DNA of 48,417 nt from Octopus sinensis (GCF_006345805.1 NW_021834464.1:1-48417), one strand, 5' to 3'. Shown: positions 13,865 through 27,446, counted from the stretch's first letter. Notes: a model not told the origin generated them from the letters alone. Translations and numbers: made by a program.

Positions 13865-13967
13865 TGTGTGTGTGTTGTGTGTGGTGTGTGTGTGTGTGCA
13901 TGTGTGTGTTAGTGTATCTCTGTTTGTCCACCCACCATCACTTGACAACCGATACTAGTGTGTTTAC
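13678..13967 (+). mobile_element. SINE family B, 3'-truncated, internal (TA)n(TG)n
   Basis: tRNA-like head gggttcagtccc; matches the reverse complement of 26720-27139. Confidence 0.85.
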
Positions 13968-14945
13968 GAAAACAATTATTCGAAAAACATTTATTCAAAA
14001 TATACATAATTTTATTATTTTTGTTTAAATAAAATTGTAAAAAGTTTAGAATAATTAACATTTCGTATAAATTACATTTCGAACAATTTTCCATTCGAAT
14101 AATTATTTCCGAACAATATTCACATAATCCTATCCATCATCTGTTCCGGAAATCGAAACCGCAAGCTTCATCTCATCAATTCAAAACTGAAACCACCAAG
14201 CCACGTGCCACTACAATACATACAATGCAAACCATATATTTATGTGTTTGTATGTATATATGTATGCTTATGCGCACGCGCGCGAGTGTGTTTGTTTGGG
14301 TATGTGTGTGTCTGTGTGTGTGTGTGTGTGACGATTAGCTCCATAACTAAAGGCATTCATGTTAGATACCACATAAAATGGCGGAATATGGGTTTCTTAC
14401 GGCTCTCAATTATATGAAATTGATGTGTGTATGTGTATTTGAGTGTGTGTCTTTGCATAATAAGTTAGTGTACACTAGTGTAAATATACGGTAACTGAAT
14501 ACGTTGTGTTTTCAATAGTTACTTATAAAGGCGTGTTTATAATTCTTCAGGGTTTGTGCTGTGTTTGCTTAATTTTTGGCTACTGCCCGCAGTAATTTCT
14601 AATTTACAACTGATTAAACAAAAACAGGGATACTAAATATAGAGACACGTACCAACATGGCGGAACTGATTGTGCAGATGACTAGATAGGCGAGGAGATG
14701 GATAATGAGATTAGGGGTTAGATAAAGAGATAATTAAAAGGAAGGCAGAAAATGCTTTGTATATGTGTATGGGTTTCTATATGTATATAAGTATATATGG
14801 TTTTGTATATTTGTACGGTTCTAAGGGAATAAAAATATATATGTATATCTATATTTAAGTGTGCGTTTCTCTCTTTCCTCTTTCTCTCTTGATATACATA
14901 TATATATATATATATCTATATATATATATTATATATATATATATG

Positions 14946-15020
<75 letters not shown>

Positions 15021-15068
15021 GGATGGACATATATATATATATATTATATATATATACACACACATACA

Positions 15069-15118
<50 letters not shown>

Positions 15119-15130
15119 TATATGTGTATA

Positions 15131-15170
<40 letters not shown>

Positions 15171-15906
15171 GTGTGTGTGTGTGTGTGTATGTATATATAT
15201 ATATATACATATATAGTGAGTGAGTTTCATAGAATGAAATATGGACTTTTCTTATGTTTTAAGTATATGTGCATACGTGTAGTGTGTGTATGTAAGCTTC
15301 TTCGTGTGTGTGTGTGTGTGAATGTCTGGGTGATTGTCTGTGTAAGTCTTTTGTATAAGTATAATAGGGAGAGAGAGAGAGAGCAGATATATACGTATGT
15401 ATATATTGAGAGAATGGGAGGGATACAGAGAGAGAAAGAGAGAGAGAGAGAGACAGTGAGACAGAAACAGACAGAGCGATAGACAGGTACATGGAAAGAT
15501 ATATATATATATACATATACATACATACATATATATATATCAACACACACCTACATATATACAGACTGTTGTTGTGTTGTAGAAGCGATGACTATTCACC
15601 TGTGTTTTGCCGATTGGGTTTCATCTTACAATCTATCTCTTCCAATAATATTTACTATAAACACAAGTCAAAATCATTATTTCAACATATCTGTCTCATT
15701 GTTGGCTATGTTTATAAACATTGGCTCTTGCACAATTTTCTACGTGTTTTTGTTTACACAGCACACGCAAGCCTCTCTTCGTATACATACGCGTACAAAC
15801 GCTCGCTGATACGAATACAGTATATTTGAGAAATTGTGTGTGCCAGTATCTTTGTGACTGTGTGTATACGTGTACAAACACACGTGGTGTGCTTTTGTGT
15901 GTGTGT

Positions 15907-15944
<38 letters not shown>

Positions 15945-16139
15945 TGTGTATTTGGAAACATACTTTATCTTTTATACTTGTTTCAGTCATGCTGGGACAC
16001 TGGCTTCAAGAATTTCAGTCGAACGAATCGACACAGTGTATGCAACCATACATATACAAACATAAGTGCATATATACATACATAAATACACATACACACA
16101 CACATACACGTATATACATATGTATGTATACTGTGTATG

Positions 16140-16190
<51 letters not shown>

Positions 16191-16220
16191 ATATATATAT
16201 TATATATATATATATATATA

Positions 16221-16333
16221 TCACGTGATCATGTGACCGACCAGACCATCAGATGTTGCAACACATCGCTGGTCACAATGCGTTCGCATTGTTTAGCCTT
16301 CAAATTACGCCACCCCGCCGGCTAAGCGAGCAG

Positions 16334-16337
<4 letters not shown>
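16221..16337 (-). mobile_element. Short RTE-related 3'-end element embedded in (TA)n
   Basis: Minus 3' end tgtgaccagcgatgtg...ctggtcggtcacatgatcacgtga resembles the RTE end at 7363-7425. Confidence 0.6.
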
Positions 16338-16424
<87 letters not shown>

Positions 16425-16789
16425 CATACACAGTATACATATATACGTTCATTTGTGTTTGTGTCTGTGTATATATATGTGTGTGTGCGTGTGTGCGTGT
16501 GTGTATAATGCCATATTCAGTGAACACGTATAAACATACACATATTTAATCCTCTTCAGATATTCCAAAGATTCCATCTCTTCCTAGCATGTGTATTCTG
16601 ATGTCATGTCTACCCCCAGCGTCCTGGCACTGTTAAATTTCGAACTCACAATTCCACGTCGGCTAGAGAGCTGTAATAATTGCAATAACTTTTGCTTGAT
16701 ATTCTCTTGCGGCCCGTTTTGCTGTCCTCACTTTTTAATGTATTTTTCGTCTGCCACATTTTCCTTTGTTATTTCTCTTAACGTTGCTC

Positions 16790-18500
16790 TTATTTGTGAT
16801 ATGAAGACTTAAAATGGCCGCCTTTACTGAACATGGAACCTTTGAGATTCTCTAAATTTTATTAAAAATGTATTTGTGAGAATTAGTTTGAGTTAACTAT
16901 CGAGTGTATATGACGTTGCCTTATATGCTACAAATAAGAGCCATGTCATTTTTAATGACTCTCTACATGTTTTAATGGGCTCTCACATAAAACAATGCCT
17001 TTAGCAAATTGACGGAAATGTCATGAAAGGAATTTTGTCCTATATCAGATTGATGTGGGTTTCAAGAAGAAGGACAAGAATACTTACATCGGTGATAAAT
17101 CACAAAATGTAACTAGATTACGATAATGGAATAACACCAAGCCAATATTCAATAGAGAACTGTTTAGAAAATGGAGTAAAGATTGTTTGCCAACATAACA
17201 TGGCAGTCCTGGTTTAAGTCGAATGTTGCTGTAATTTAGCCCCCCTGAGACATCGTCTCCAGCTGGCTATACGACAAGATCCGTGTCCTTATATTTTCGA
17301 AAATATAAGGATACAGATCGTGTTCGAAAATATATGGACACAGATCGTGTATAGCCAGCTGGAGACGATGTCTCCTGGGGCTAAATTACAGCAACATTCG
17401 TCATGTTACGTTGGCAAACAATCTTTACTACAAAGTACTGTTGCTGAATATCTCTCGTTGTGAGATTTAAAAATAGGAATTTTATAATTCTTAGAAAATA
17501 TTGGTGATAGAAATTGATCCAAATCCATACAGTTTTCGAATTCTATCTGTCAGTAGCCAATGCCATACTCGCCCAAGGCCCTGTAATTTGGAAGGACACA
17601 TAACTATATTAAAGTATTGGTGACAATTTAATCTTGCACGCAAGAAAAACCGTTGCATTAAAACATAGACACTGCTTCTGGGAAAAACACGAACAAATGA
17701 CTTGCTGGAACAATCGGTTGTTTTCAATGAAGCAAAGATCCGTTATTTAGTTTAATTATACTTCATAAAATTGATCGACAATTCTAACCGTTAAAATGGC
17801 TTTTATAGAGATGACTGTATAGCTATTTGCACAATATGCAGATACAGCATTAATAGAAGGCCATGCATAACAAGCCCTTTTAAATGCCTGGGACTTACTG
17901 CTGACATAACGACCAGTAATGCCTGAACTTTAGCTTAGATCTCATTACGTGAGACTTCAAACAATATGGAAAACAAATCAATGGACGTTCACGTGGACTA
18001 AAACTACAATTACCTTTTCATTATGTATGAATCTTATTATTAATATTGGTGGAAAGAACCTCTTGTGTCATCGGACCAAGATTTTTGGATATCACTGGAA
18101 ACTGCTGTAAAAAATAAATTGAAGAATAAGACTGTGGATAAAAAAAAAGGAAAAATTAACCAGAAACGCTCAGAAACCCAAATGAATTAAAAGAGAAAAG
18201 TAGGAAGATAACGAAGTTTGGTGCCACCTACAAAAAACCTTCAATATGAGTGAAATACCATGTAATCAAAAACTATGTAATACTGAACTGGATACATTTC
18301 CCCACAGGACACAAATATACCAAACTAAGCTGTAAATATTAAAAGTTAGAAAGAGTTACATAGTTAACACGGCAAATATCATCCCAGACCACCTATTAGA
18401 CACTCGAAACAATTTGATAAAGGTAAGAAACAGGACATCTGCCGTGTGATCATGTATCCGAATAAATTTATCAAATTACACAATAAGGACGATAAATATA
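16790..18500 (+). mobile_element. Heavily decayed Penelope-like element (RT region), interrupted at 17175-17430
   Basis: Collinear frame fragments GDKSQNV, EFYLSVA, ILHARKTV, EAKIRYLV*LY and GFYRDDCIAI (17798-17827) resemble PLE RT motifs; boundaries uncertain. Confidence 0.55.
17175..17430. mobile_element. Palindromic (fold-back) MITE-like element
   Basis: Ends agtaaagattgtttgccaac / gttggcaaacaatctttact; arms complementary up to the centre ccttatattttcgaaaatataagg; 27-bp internal tandem duplication. Confidence 0.85.
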
Positions 18501-18806
18501 AGTGTTGAAAACCAAAATTTAACTCTTATTCGGCTCTCATTTCTAGCAATTCTAGGTACTATTTTGCACCCTCGTATATTAGGTGTTACTTTGCATCCTC
18601 GTTTATTAACTTTATCTTTTGGGGTTTAATTGCTAGAGACACCTGTTTTATAATGTATTTAATATATCTTAATATTTTAATTTATTATCATAATATTTTA
18701 TTATTCGTTACTATGCAATTTAACCGTTTTGAACACACCAGCCATCAGGGATCCTCTGAGAACTGTCCTATAAGGCAGTGCCATGAAACTCCGAGTAACA
18801 AAATGT

Positions 18807-19087
18807 TCCTTCTCGAGCCATGCCTGGCTCATAAGGGCCGGTTTCCCGGTTTCCTTGGCATATAGGTTCCCCACCTGGACGGGACGCCGGTCCGATGCAG
18901 GAAGAAAGAGTGAGAGAAAGTTGTGGCGAAAGAGTCAGCAGAAGTTCGCCATTACCTTCTGTCGGAGCCGCGTGGAGCTTAGGTGTTTCGCTCATAAACA
19001 CACACACATCGCCCGGTCTGAGATTCGAACCCACGATCCCTCGACCGCAAGTTCACTTCTCTAACCACTAGGCCATGTGCCCCCACT
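18807..19087 (-). mobile_element. tRNA-derived SINE, head C-type + tail 2, 13-bp TSD
   Basis: TSD agtaacaaaatgt at 18794-18806 and 19088-19100; A/B boxes on the minus strand. Confidence 0.9.
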
Positions 19088-19124
19088 AGTAACAAAATGT
19101 GGTAACTTGGAAATATAAACAGGC

Positions 19125-19155
<31 letters not shown>

Positions 19156-19230
19156 TGTATGTATGTATGTATGTACATAGCTACCTACCTACCTACCCAG
19201 CTTCTTCGTGTGTGTGTGTGTGTGTGTGTG

Positions 19231-19693
19231 ATCATCCAAGTTTACTTGGTGAGGAGGGTGTTTATTGGACACACTGCGGAATGAAAAACAAAACCTGTCA
19301 AAGGGCGGAGGAACTCTTGAGAGTCAACGGCCATCCAATAAATGTCTTTAGGCTATATAATGCGCGGGGACATAGAAATAATCGGACTGAATATCCGCGC
19401 GGTTAAACCATTGGGAGTGAAGGACTCCCAGCCTTTGTTAGGGAATTCTTCTAGGAGAAGGTAGCTCTGGTAACTGGGATAACTCCGACATAAAACCTGC
19501 GGCTCAGTGGTTACCGATGATGTTGACTTGTTCTTCTTTTCGGATTATGGCTGCTGTTGCTTAGTGAGTGGGATTGACTCAGTGCACAGCCTTTCCTCAC
19601 TTAAAAAAAATCTTCTTGCACAGGAATTGCACAATAATGACATTGGTTAAGCTTCCTGCAATGGCCATACTCGATAACGGGAGTGCAGCCACC

Positions 19694-19695
<2 letters not shown>
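19231..19695 (+). mobile_element. Probable non-autonomous RTE derivative
   Basis: The last ~46 nt match the 3' end of the RTE fragment at 31761-31807; no ORF and no tRNA head seen. Confidence 0.65.
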
Positions 19696-19726
<31 letters not shown>

Positions 19727-20229
19727 TCTTCTATTTTTAAATCATTATAAATATTTCACTGAGGAAAGAACCTGTTTCCAACAAAGATACCAGTTTCCAT
19801 TTTTGGGATGTATTTAACACAGACAAATTCAGATTTGGAACTCGGGAAAAGTCTTGCATATTTTTACTATTCCACTCACAGATTGCACTTGTAATGCACG
19901 AATTAACTGGTCGGTATCTCTTCCTGAAAATCCCATGTATGTATGTATGTATGTATGTATGTATGTATGTATGTATGTGTGTGTATGTATGTATGTATGT
20001 ATGTATGTATGTATGTATGTATGTATTTATGAATGTAGTTGTTTCTGCAGGAATTTTTTGGTTCTACACCGCTAAACCTACAACAGAAAACAAGCAAATA
20101 AATGAAAACAATGTTGATTCTGTGCCTTCTTGGCTGTGTAGTAATGTCTAGTTGTCAATGTTTACTTTGTCTCGTTGGCTTTCGTATTTCAACGCAGGTA
20201 GCGGGAGGAGAGAATAGGAGGAGTGATGC

Positions 20230-20808
20230 GGTATAATAACAACGATGATGATGATGATGATAACAAAAATAATAATAATAATGAAAATATTAATTAAAAT
20301 ATAATGTTAATATTAATGAGAATAATAACGATAGAAATAATAAGTATAAACAGCAACAAGAACAACAACAATAATAACAATAACAACAACAACAACAATA
20401 ATAATAATGATAATAATAATAATAATATTAATAATAGTATTAATAATAATAATAATAATAATGATAATAAAAATAATAAAATAATAATAGTATTAATTAT
20501 AATAATATAATAATAATGATAATGATAATAATATAATATTATATAGTATTAATAATAATAATAATAATAATATAATGATAATGATATAATAATAATATTA
20601 ATATAGTATTAATTAATAATAATATGATAATAATAATGATAATAATATAATAATAATAATAATAATATAATAAAATGATGATAATAATAATAATGATAAT
20701 ATAGTAATAATAGTATAGTAATAATAATAATAATAATAAAATGATAATAATAATAATAATAATATAATAATAATAATAATAATGATAATAATAATGATAA
20801 TAATAATG

Positions 20809-20851
<43 letters not shown>

Positions 20852-20852
20852 T
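20230..20852. repeat. Long imperfect (TAA)n microsatellite
   Basis: Directly visible. Confidence 0.95.
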
Positions 20853-21186
20853 TAAGAGGAAGAAGAAAATTTCATAAAAATACTTCAATATACAGTTTGT
20901 TTTTGCATGCGTGCGCGTGTGCGTTAGCGTAAATGTGTGTGTGTGTGTGTGTATGTGTGTGTGCGTGTGTGTGTTTTAGTTTGTTTTCATTTCGCTCTAT
21001 CATTCACAAGGTTCATTCACACATGTCACGCTCTACGCTAACGCCCTCTACTTCGCTTCTGCTGATCATCCATCTCTTGTTACGCTTCCTCTCCTTCTCC
21101 CCCTAACGTTTTCCTCTCGTCTTTCTCCTCCTTGAGTTTTTTCTTTTCTCATCATTTTTTCTCTCCTCCATTCATCTCCCACCCTT

Positions 21187-21245
<59 letters not shown>

Positions 21246-21486
21246 TATATATGTATATATATCCACAATCTATCTGCTGGTGTGTCTATTAATCTAATTA
21301 TCTGTCTTTCTATCTGTCTGTCTGTCTATCAATCAATCGGTTTATACATTACTATCTATCTATTTATCTACATCTCTCTCTCTCTCTCCCTATATATATA
21401 TACATATATATATTATATGACCGCGTGTGTATCGTTGGCGATTTTTTTCCTCCGTCTTTCCTTCCTTGGACATTTCTTTTTCCTGT

Positions 21487-21521
21487 GTTTCTGACGAAGA
21501 GCTGCGCTCGAAACGTTAAAT
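21487..21521 (+). ncRNA. Minimal type I hammerhead ribozyme (PLE type) within a ~205-bp element (21418-21625) flanked by (TA)n
   Basis: guuu CUGACGA a gagc ugc gcuc GAAA c GUU aaau; palindromic ACGU stem III. Confidence 0.8.
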
Positions 21522-21641
21522 CCTTCTTCTTTCTTTCCTTTCATGAGCATCCAATAATACTATACTTGTTCCACGTCTTCGCGTTGTTGCGTTTTCTCTT
21601 TGTGTTTTCATGTTTGGATTAACTTTATATGTATATATATA

Positions 21642-21701
<60 letters not shown>

Positions 21702-21719
21702 TGAGTAGTTGAATGAATT

Positions 21720-21798
21720 CTGATGAGAAGGCGGCATAATGCACCCCTTATTCCTTCGAAATTAGGAATATGCAGCCTTCGAAACATATGTCGAGAAT
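21720..21798 (+). ncRNA. Type I hammerhead ribozyme with extended stem II within a ~140-bp element (21700-21842)
   Basis: CUGAUGA gaaggcggca ... ugcagccuuc GAAA cauau GUC. Stem II 9/10 bp; palindromic ACAUAUGU stem III; stem I weak. Confidence 0.75.
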
Positions 21799-22129
21799 AA
21801 AGGAATTTTGTTAATTCGTCGTTCAACTCCATTCTTTCATTTATATATATATATATATATATATACACATACATACATACATATATATACACCCAATCAT
21901 ACCTCGTCCTACATCGATAATTGTTTCAGGAGGACATGACTTAAATCGAAATAATCATTATATTTAAGTATATGCATATGATAATTGAAACCTAGGTGGT
22001 TGCAATAATGAAGCCTAGGTTGTTTTTATGCTATCCTACAACTTCGGTTAATTATTAGGCAAGCCTCGGCTGCTTTTATACTAGAAAGAAATAATTTCAA
22101 ATACTGTACTGTTACCTACCTGATGGCTG

Positions 22130-23870
22130 ACGTCGGTGTTACTCGTTGAGGCTGGTGTAAGAGGAGGAGGAGATTACACCCTAGATATCGATGGTTGGAT
22201 TTCGTCAGCTGACCCCTGTCATGATTGTCATGATAGTGTAGATCATTGTGCGAACTTCTCTAAAGTTCCTTCAATTGTATTTTCTTTCTTCTCTTCAAGG
22301 ATTATGTACTAAGGTGCAATAGTATGTTGACAACTCCCTAATATTTTTTAAAAACTTAGTGAATTGGGATCCATTTCCTTAAATAAAGCAAGATATTTAC
22401 CTAATTGAGAAAAAGCCCCTTGCATTTTCTCCAATGTAAAACAACGACGCTCGGGATCAAGTTTTTTTTCTTCCTTTTTCTGTTGTTTATGAAGTCCCAT
22501 TAACTTTTAGTTTGTCAGTGCCTGTTTATCTTTCTCAAATAATTCATTAGAATCCTTTTCTTCCAACTCCATTTCCAGTTCATTTTTCAGCTGCACCAAC
22601 GTCTTCTTCACTTCAACATTGTCAAAGCCCTTAAAGTCATTGACAAATTGTGGGCACAGCTTCTTACTCACCATTCATAGCCGTGCTCTTCATCTAATTC
22701 TTCGCAGCTGTTATGTTCTCTATGGCTTTGTAGATGCCGTAATTAAAAGTCACCGACTGTGATGATTCTATCGATGTCAGTTGCAGATATTATATGTACG
22801 CTTCATATAATAGTGCTTAAAGATGACAATTATCCCCTGCTCCATTGGTTGCCGCAGCGAGGTAGTGTTTAGAGGGAGAAAGATACCGGTAACGTTGGGA
22901 TAGAAATCTCCGAAGTTTTTCAGGTGACCAGGAGCATTATCTAAGACAAGCAGAATTTTAAACGAATCCCTTTAGCCTTACAGTACTTTTCTGCTTCAAG
23001 AACGAAACGATCGAAAAACCATTCTTCAAAAATAATGAGTGTCCCAAGCTTTTGAAATGGCCATCAATATTACAGGAAGATATGCCTTGGGTATGTTCTT
23101 AAGAACTCGGGAGTTTCAGCGCATGATACACAAGCAGCGGTTTTAGTTTGCAATCGCCTACGCAATTACCATTCAACATTAAGGTCAGATGTTCTTTCGA
23201 TGCTTTGTAGCCAGGAATTCTTCTCCCTTCCTTGGATATGAAAGAACGATCTGGTAATTTCTTCCAGTAGATAACGGACTCATCAGCATTGAATATCTGT
23301 TCGGGTAGAAAGCCATTATCTTCACTAATCTTCGCTAATGTAGCAGGAAATTCCGCTGCAGCAACATCGTCAGTTGATAAAATATCACTTTGTTTTCTTG
23401 AGAGAGGGAGAGAAAATTCTGCCTCTGCTTAAACCTCATAGAAAACCACCCCTGACTAGCCTTAAATTCTCTTCTGGATATTTGTTTTTCAAATCTCTTT
23501 CGAATATTTCTTTTTCAAATCTTCAAACAAAGACAATGCTTTCTCCCGACTACATTTTGCTTGCTGACGATTCTGCCTTTCAGTCCAAAGGGCAACAAGC
23601 CGCTTCATATCTTCGTAGATTCGTCCACTTTTCTTGTTGATGATGGAGTATTTCATCCCAGGAGCATCATTTGTCACATGTGCCATAATACTATAATCCT
23701 ACCTCTATCGTCCACAATCGTTGATATAGTCGTATGGCTCATCCCAAACGATCGTGCAATGGCTACAATCTTTTCACCCTGTTCATATCGTTTTATCATA
23801 TCTACTTTATCCTCCAACAATATGGATTCACGCTTACCACTTTTACGAAGGTTCTTCTTCGCAGCCATGA
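22130..23870 (-). mobile_element. Degenerate Tigger/pogo (TIGD1/CENP-B-like) transposase
   Basis: HTH KRESILLEDKVDMIKRYEQGEKIVAIARSFGMSHTTISTI, plus EQIFNADES, ILLVLDNAPGH and FLPLNTTSLRQPMEQG; many disruptions. Confidence 0.9.
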
Positions 23871-25142
23871 AGCTAAAATGTAAATGACATCCCTGTCGGT
23901 GTGAAAACATGTGAAAAGCTCGTGGCTGGAACACGAATGCCACCGCTATGAAAACATCTGAACTAGATAACTTGTTCTGATTTGTATTCCTATAACCTGT
24001 TAAGTTTTAATGTCTTTGTTTTTAAATGAATTTTAATTCTTTATGATGTATTATGTATTTTAAAAGTAATTTTAATATGCCATAGAGATTATATGTTTCT
24101 ATTGTATTTGTATTTATCTCCCGAGACGAATATGACGCCAAATATTGCCAAACTTACGACGCCAAACATTGACACTTGATACTAACACACGGATGTAGTG
24201 GGGAACCTAAAAAGTCTCTAAGACCAGTCAACCTCTACCAATCAAATCTTATTTGAAACATATACTAATTTGAACCATGAATTCTCTATAAAAATAGAGC
24301 AAGCTTCAAACACTAGTCAGAAGCAAGACAGCTGCGACATAAGCCACGTCTTTCTATTTGAACTTTTTGAAAATCAGTGTAACTAAGAAACCGGTTAGAG
24401 CTTTAAATATATTAATGATAATAGAAAATATTTTAACTATTCTCAGTGCATTTTCAAATTTTATTTTCCCTAAAATTCTACCCGTGTGGAATTAAATAAC
24501 GTTGTGTTATGTATGTGTGCGTATACATGCCTAAATACATACCTGGATACATGCATACATACATGCGTATATGCATGCATGCATACATACATACATGCAT
24601 ACATACACACATACATACATGGGAATGCGAGCGTACATGCATGTGTATGCAAATATAGAGACGAATGCATAGTATCTATAAAAACAATGGAAACAGAAAT
24701 ATATAGAAACTATGTTGCACACACATATATAAAAGACACATCACATACACACACAGTCACATATATTCATACTACTTATACACTCACACATACCTGCACA
24801 CTTCTCTCAACGTAACACATTTAGTAATCTATTGTCGTCTGCTTCTGGGTTCCGGCTCTATGTATCTGTGCGTGCTGTTTTATGCATGTGTGTGCATTTC
24901 TCACATTGGTTTTGTCTACGTACGAGTTTGTGGGTGTAGATTTGAGGCCAGTGTCTCGAATATCATCAACACAGGGATATGTTAGGAATAGAAGATAAAT
25001 GAAAAATTAAACGAATGCAAATGAATGAATAGAATTTTTGTTTATTTTATTATTATTATTATTGTTTATTTTATTATTATTATTTTTGTTTGTGCTTCAG
25101 AGATTGAGGGAAAGATTGATACAAATGAACAAGAGAAAAGGA

Positions 25143-25241
25143 TGATAGATAGATAGATTGATTGATTGATTGATAAGATTAATAGATATTCAGACAGATA
25201 GATAGATAGATTGATTGATAGATAGATAAATAGATAGATAA

Positions 25242-25295
<54 letters not shown>

Positions 25296-25397
25296 TGATA
25301 GACGGACGCATAGATAGATAGATTGATAGATAGATAAATAGATAGACAGATAGATTGACAGATTCATAATTAGATTAATAGACAGACAGACAGTTAG

Positions 25398-25493
<96 letters not shown>

Positions 25494-25502
25494 TGATTGA
25501 TT

Positions 25503-25538
<36 letters not shown>

Positions 25539-25555
25539 TATATATAGATAGATAG

Positions 25556-25587
<32 letters not shown>

Positions 25588-25588
25588 G

Positions 25589-25654
<66 letters not shown>

Positions 25655-25682
25655 ATAGATAGATTGATAAATAGATAGATAA
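25143..25682. repeat. (GATA)n tetranucleotide array
   Basis: Directly visible. Confidence 0.95.
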
Positions 25683-25743
25683 CAGTGAAAGAAAGACTGA
25701 AAGACACGTTTAGATACATAAATGTAGAGACAGAACTCTATAG

Positions 25744-25785
<42 letters not shown>

Positions 25786-25800
25786 GTGTGTGTGTGTGTG

Positions 25801-25842
<42 letters not shown>

Positions 25843-25971
25843 GAGAGACATAGAGAAACACAGAAATAGACAGAAAGACAGATACACATCAAGTAAGAGA
25901 AGGAAGTAAAGAGAGAAATACAAATAATAACTATGATTACGCTGAAGGGTATGTTATTAGTTTGTATATGA

Positions 25972-26007
<36 letters not shown>

Positions 26008-26010
<3 letters not shown>

Positions 26011-26388
26011 GGCCCAATGGCCCAGTGATTAGGGTAGCGGACTCGCGGCCGTAGGATCGCGGTTTCGATTCCCAGACCGGACGTTCTGAGTGTTTATTGA
26101 GCGAAAAAACCTAAAGCTCCACGATACTCCAGCAGAAGGTGGTGGCGAACCCTGCTTTACTCTTTCACCACAACTTTCTCTAACTCTTTCTTCCTGTTTC
26201 TGTTGTACTGGTATTTCAAAGGGACAGCCTTCTCACATTCTGTGTCATGCTGAATCTCCCCGAAAACTACGTTAAGGTGACACATGTGTGTGGAGTGCTC
26301 AACAACTTGCACGTTAATTTCACGAGCTGGCTGTTCCGTTGATCGGATCAACTGGAACCCTTGTCGTCGTAAGAGACGGAGAGCCACA
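26008..26388 (+). mobile_element. tRNA-derived SINE, head C + tail 1
   Basis: A box tggcccagtga, B box ggtttcgattccc; homologous to 6232-6601. Confidence 0.9.
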
Positions 26389-26404
26389 ATATATACATAT
26401 ATAC

Positions 26405-26451
<47 letters not shown>

Positions 26452-26719
26452 AGTGTCCGAGTGTGCCTGTGTGTGTACGCGCGTGTGTATACATGTTTGT
26501 GCTTGTATGTGTGGGTGCATTTACTGGTGTATAACTGTCTTTATAGCCGTCTGTATTACGTCTATCCATGGCGTCTTTCTCTATATATCCTTGGTTATTT
26601 TCTTTATATCTACATAATTTTCCCTACCATATTTTTTAATGTCTCATAACTATTACCAAATAGCTTCTATATATACATCTATGTATGTGTATACGTATAT
26701 ATATATATATATGCATATA

Positions 26720-27139
26720 CTCTTTCTCTTTCTCTTTTACTTGATTCAGTCATTTGACTGCGGCCATGCTGGAGCACCGCCTTTAGTCGAGCAAATCGAC
26801 CCCAGGACTCATTCGTTGTAAACCTAGTACTTATTCGACCGGTCTCTTTGCCGAACCAACCGCTATGTTACAGGGAGGTAAACACACCAGCATCTGTTGT
26901 CAAGCGATGTTGGGGGTGGTGGACAAACACAGACACACAAACACACACATATATATATATACATATACATATATACGACAGGCTTCTTTAAGTTTCCGTC
27001 TACCAAATCCACTCACAAGGCTTTGGTCGGCACGAGGCTATAGTAGAAGACACTTGTCCAAAGTGCCACGGACTGGGATTGAACCCAGAACCATGTGGTT
27101 GGTAAGCAAGCTACTTACCACACAGCCACTCCTGCACCT
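26720..27139 (-). mobile_element. Full-length SINE family B with internal microsatellite and CR1-like tail
   Basis: tRNA-like head at the right end; multiple copies in the window. Confidence 0.9.
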
Positions 27140-27284
27140 ATATATATTTATATGTGTGTGTGACGCAAATGTTGTTATACAAGAATGGTTAACAAAAAAA
27201 ACTGTATTCATGCGTGTGTATGAGTGCGTGTATGTGACTTGATGTTATATATTTGAAAGTGTTGTTATTGCTGTTGTTGCTACT

Positions 27285-27405
27285 CTAGTAGTAGTAGTAG
27301 TAGTAGTGTAGTAGTAGTAGTAGTAGCAACAGTAGTAGTAGTAGCAGCAGTAGTAGTAGTAGTAGTAGCAACAGCAGCAGTAGTAGTAGTAGCAACAGCA
27401 GCAGC

Positions 27406-27446
<41 letters not shown>

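Noticed and set aside
14495-14555. Minus-strand CUGAAGA...GAAA...GUA
   Set aside because: Stem II is out of register and there is no stem I
21893-24210. Possible Tigger TIRs (cctcgtcctacatcg / ggatgtagtgggg)
   Set aside because: Match too weak to define the ends
26008-26080. tRNA genes at SINE heads
   Set aside because: A/B boxes run into SINE bodies without a complete cloverleaf or terminator
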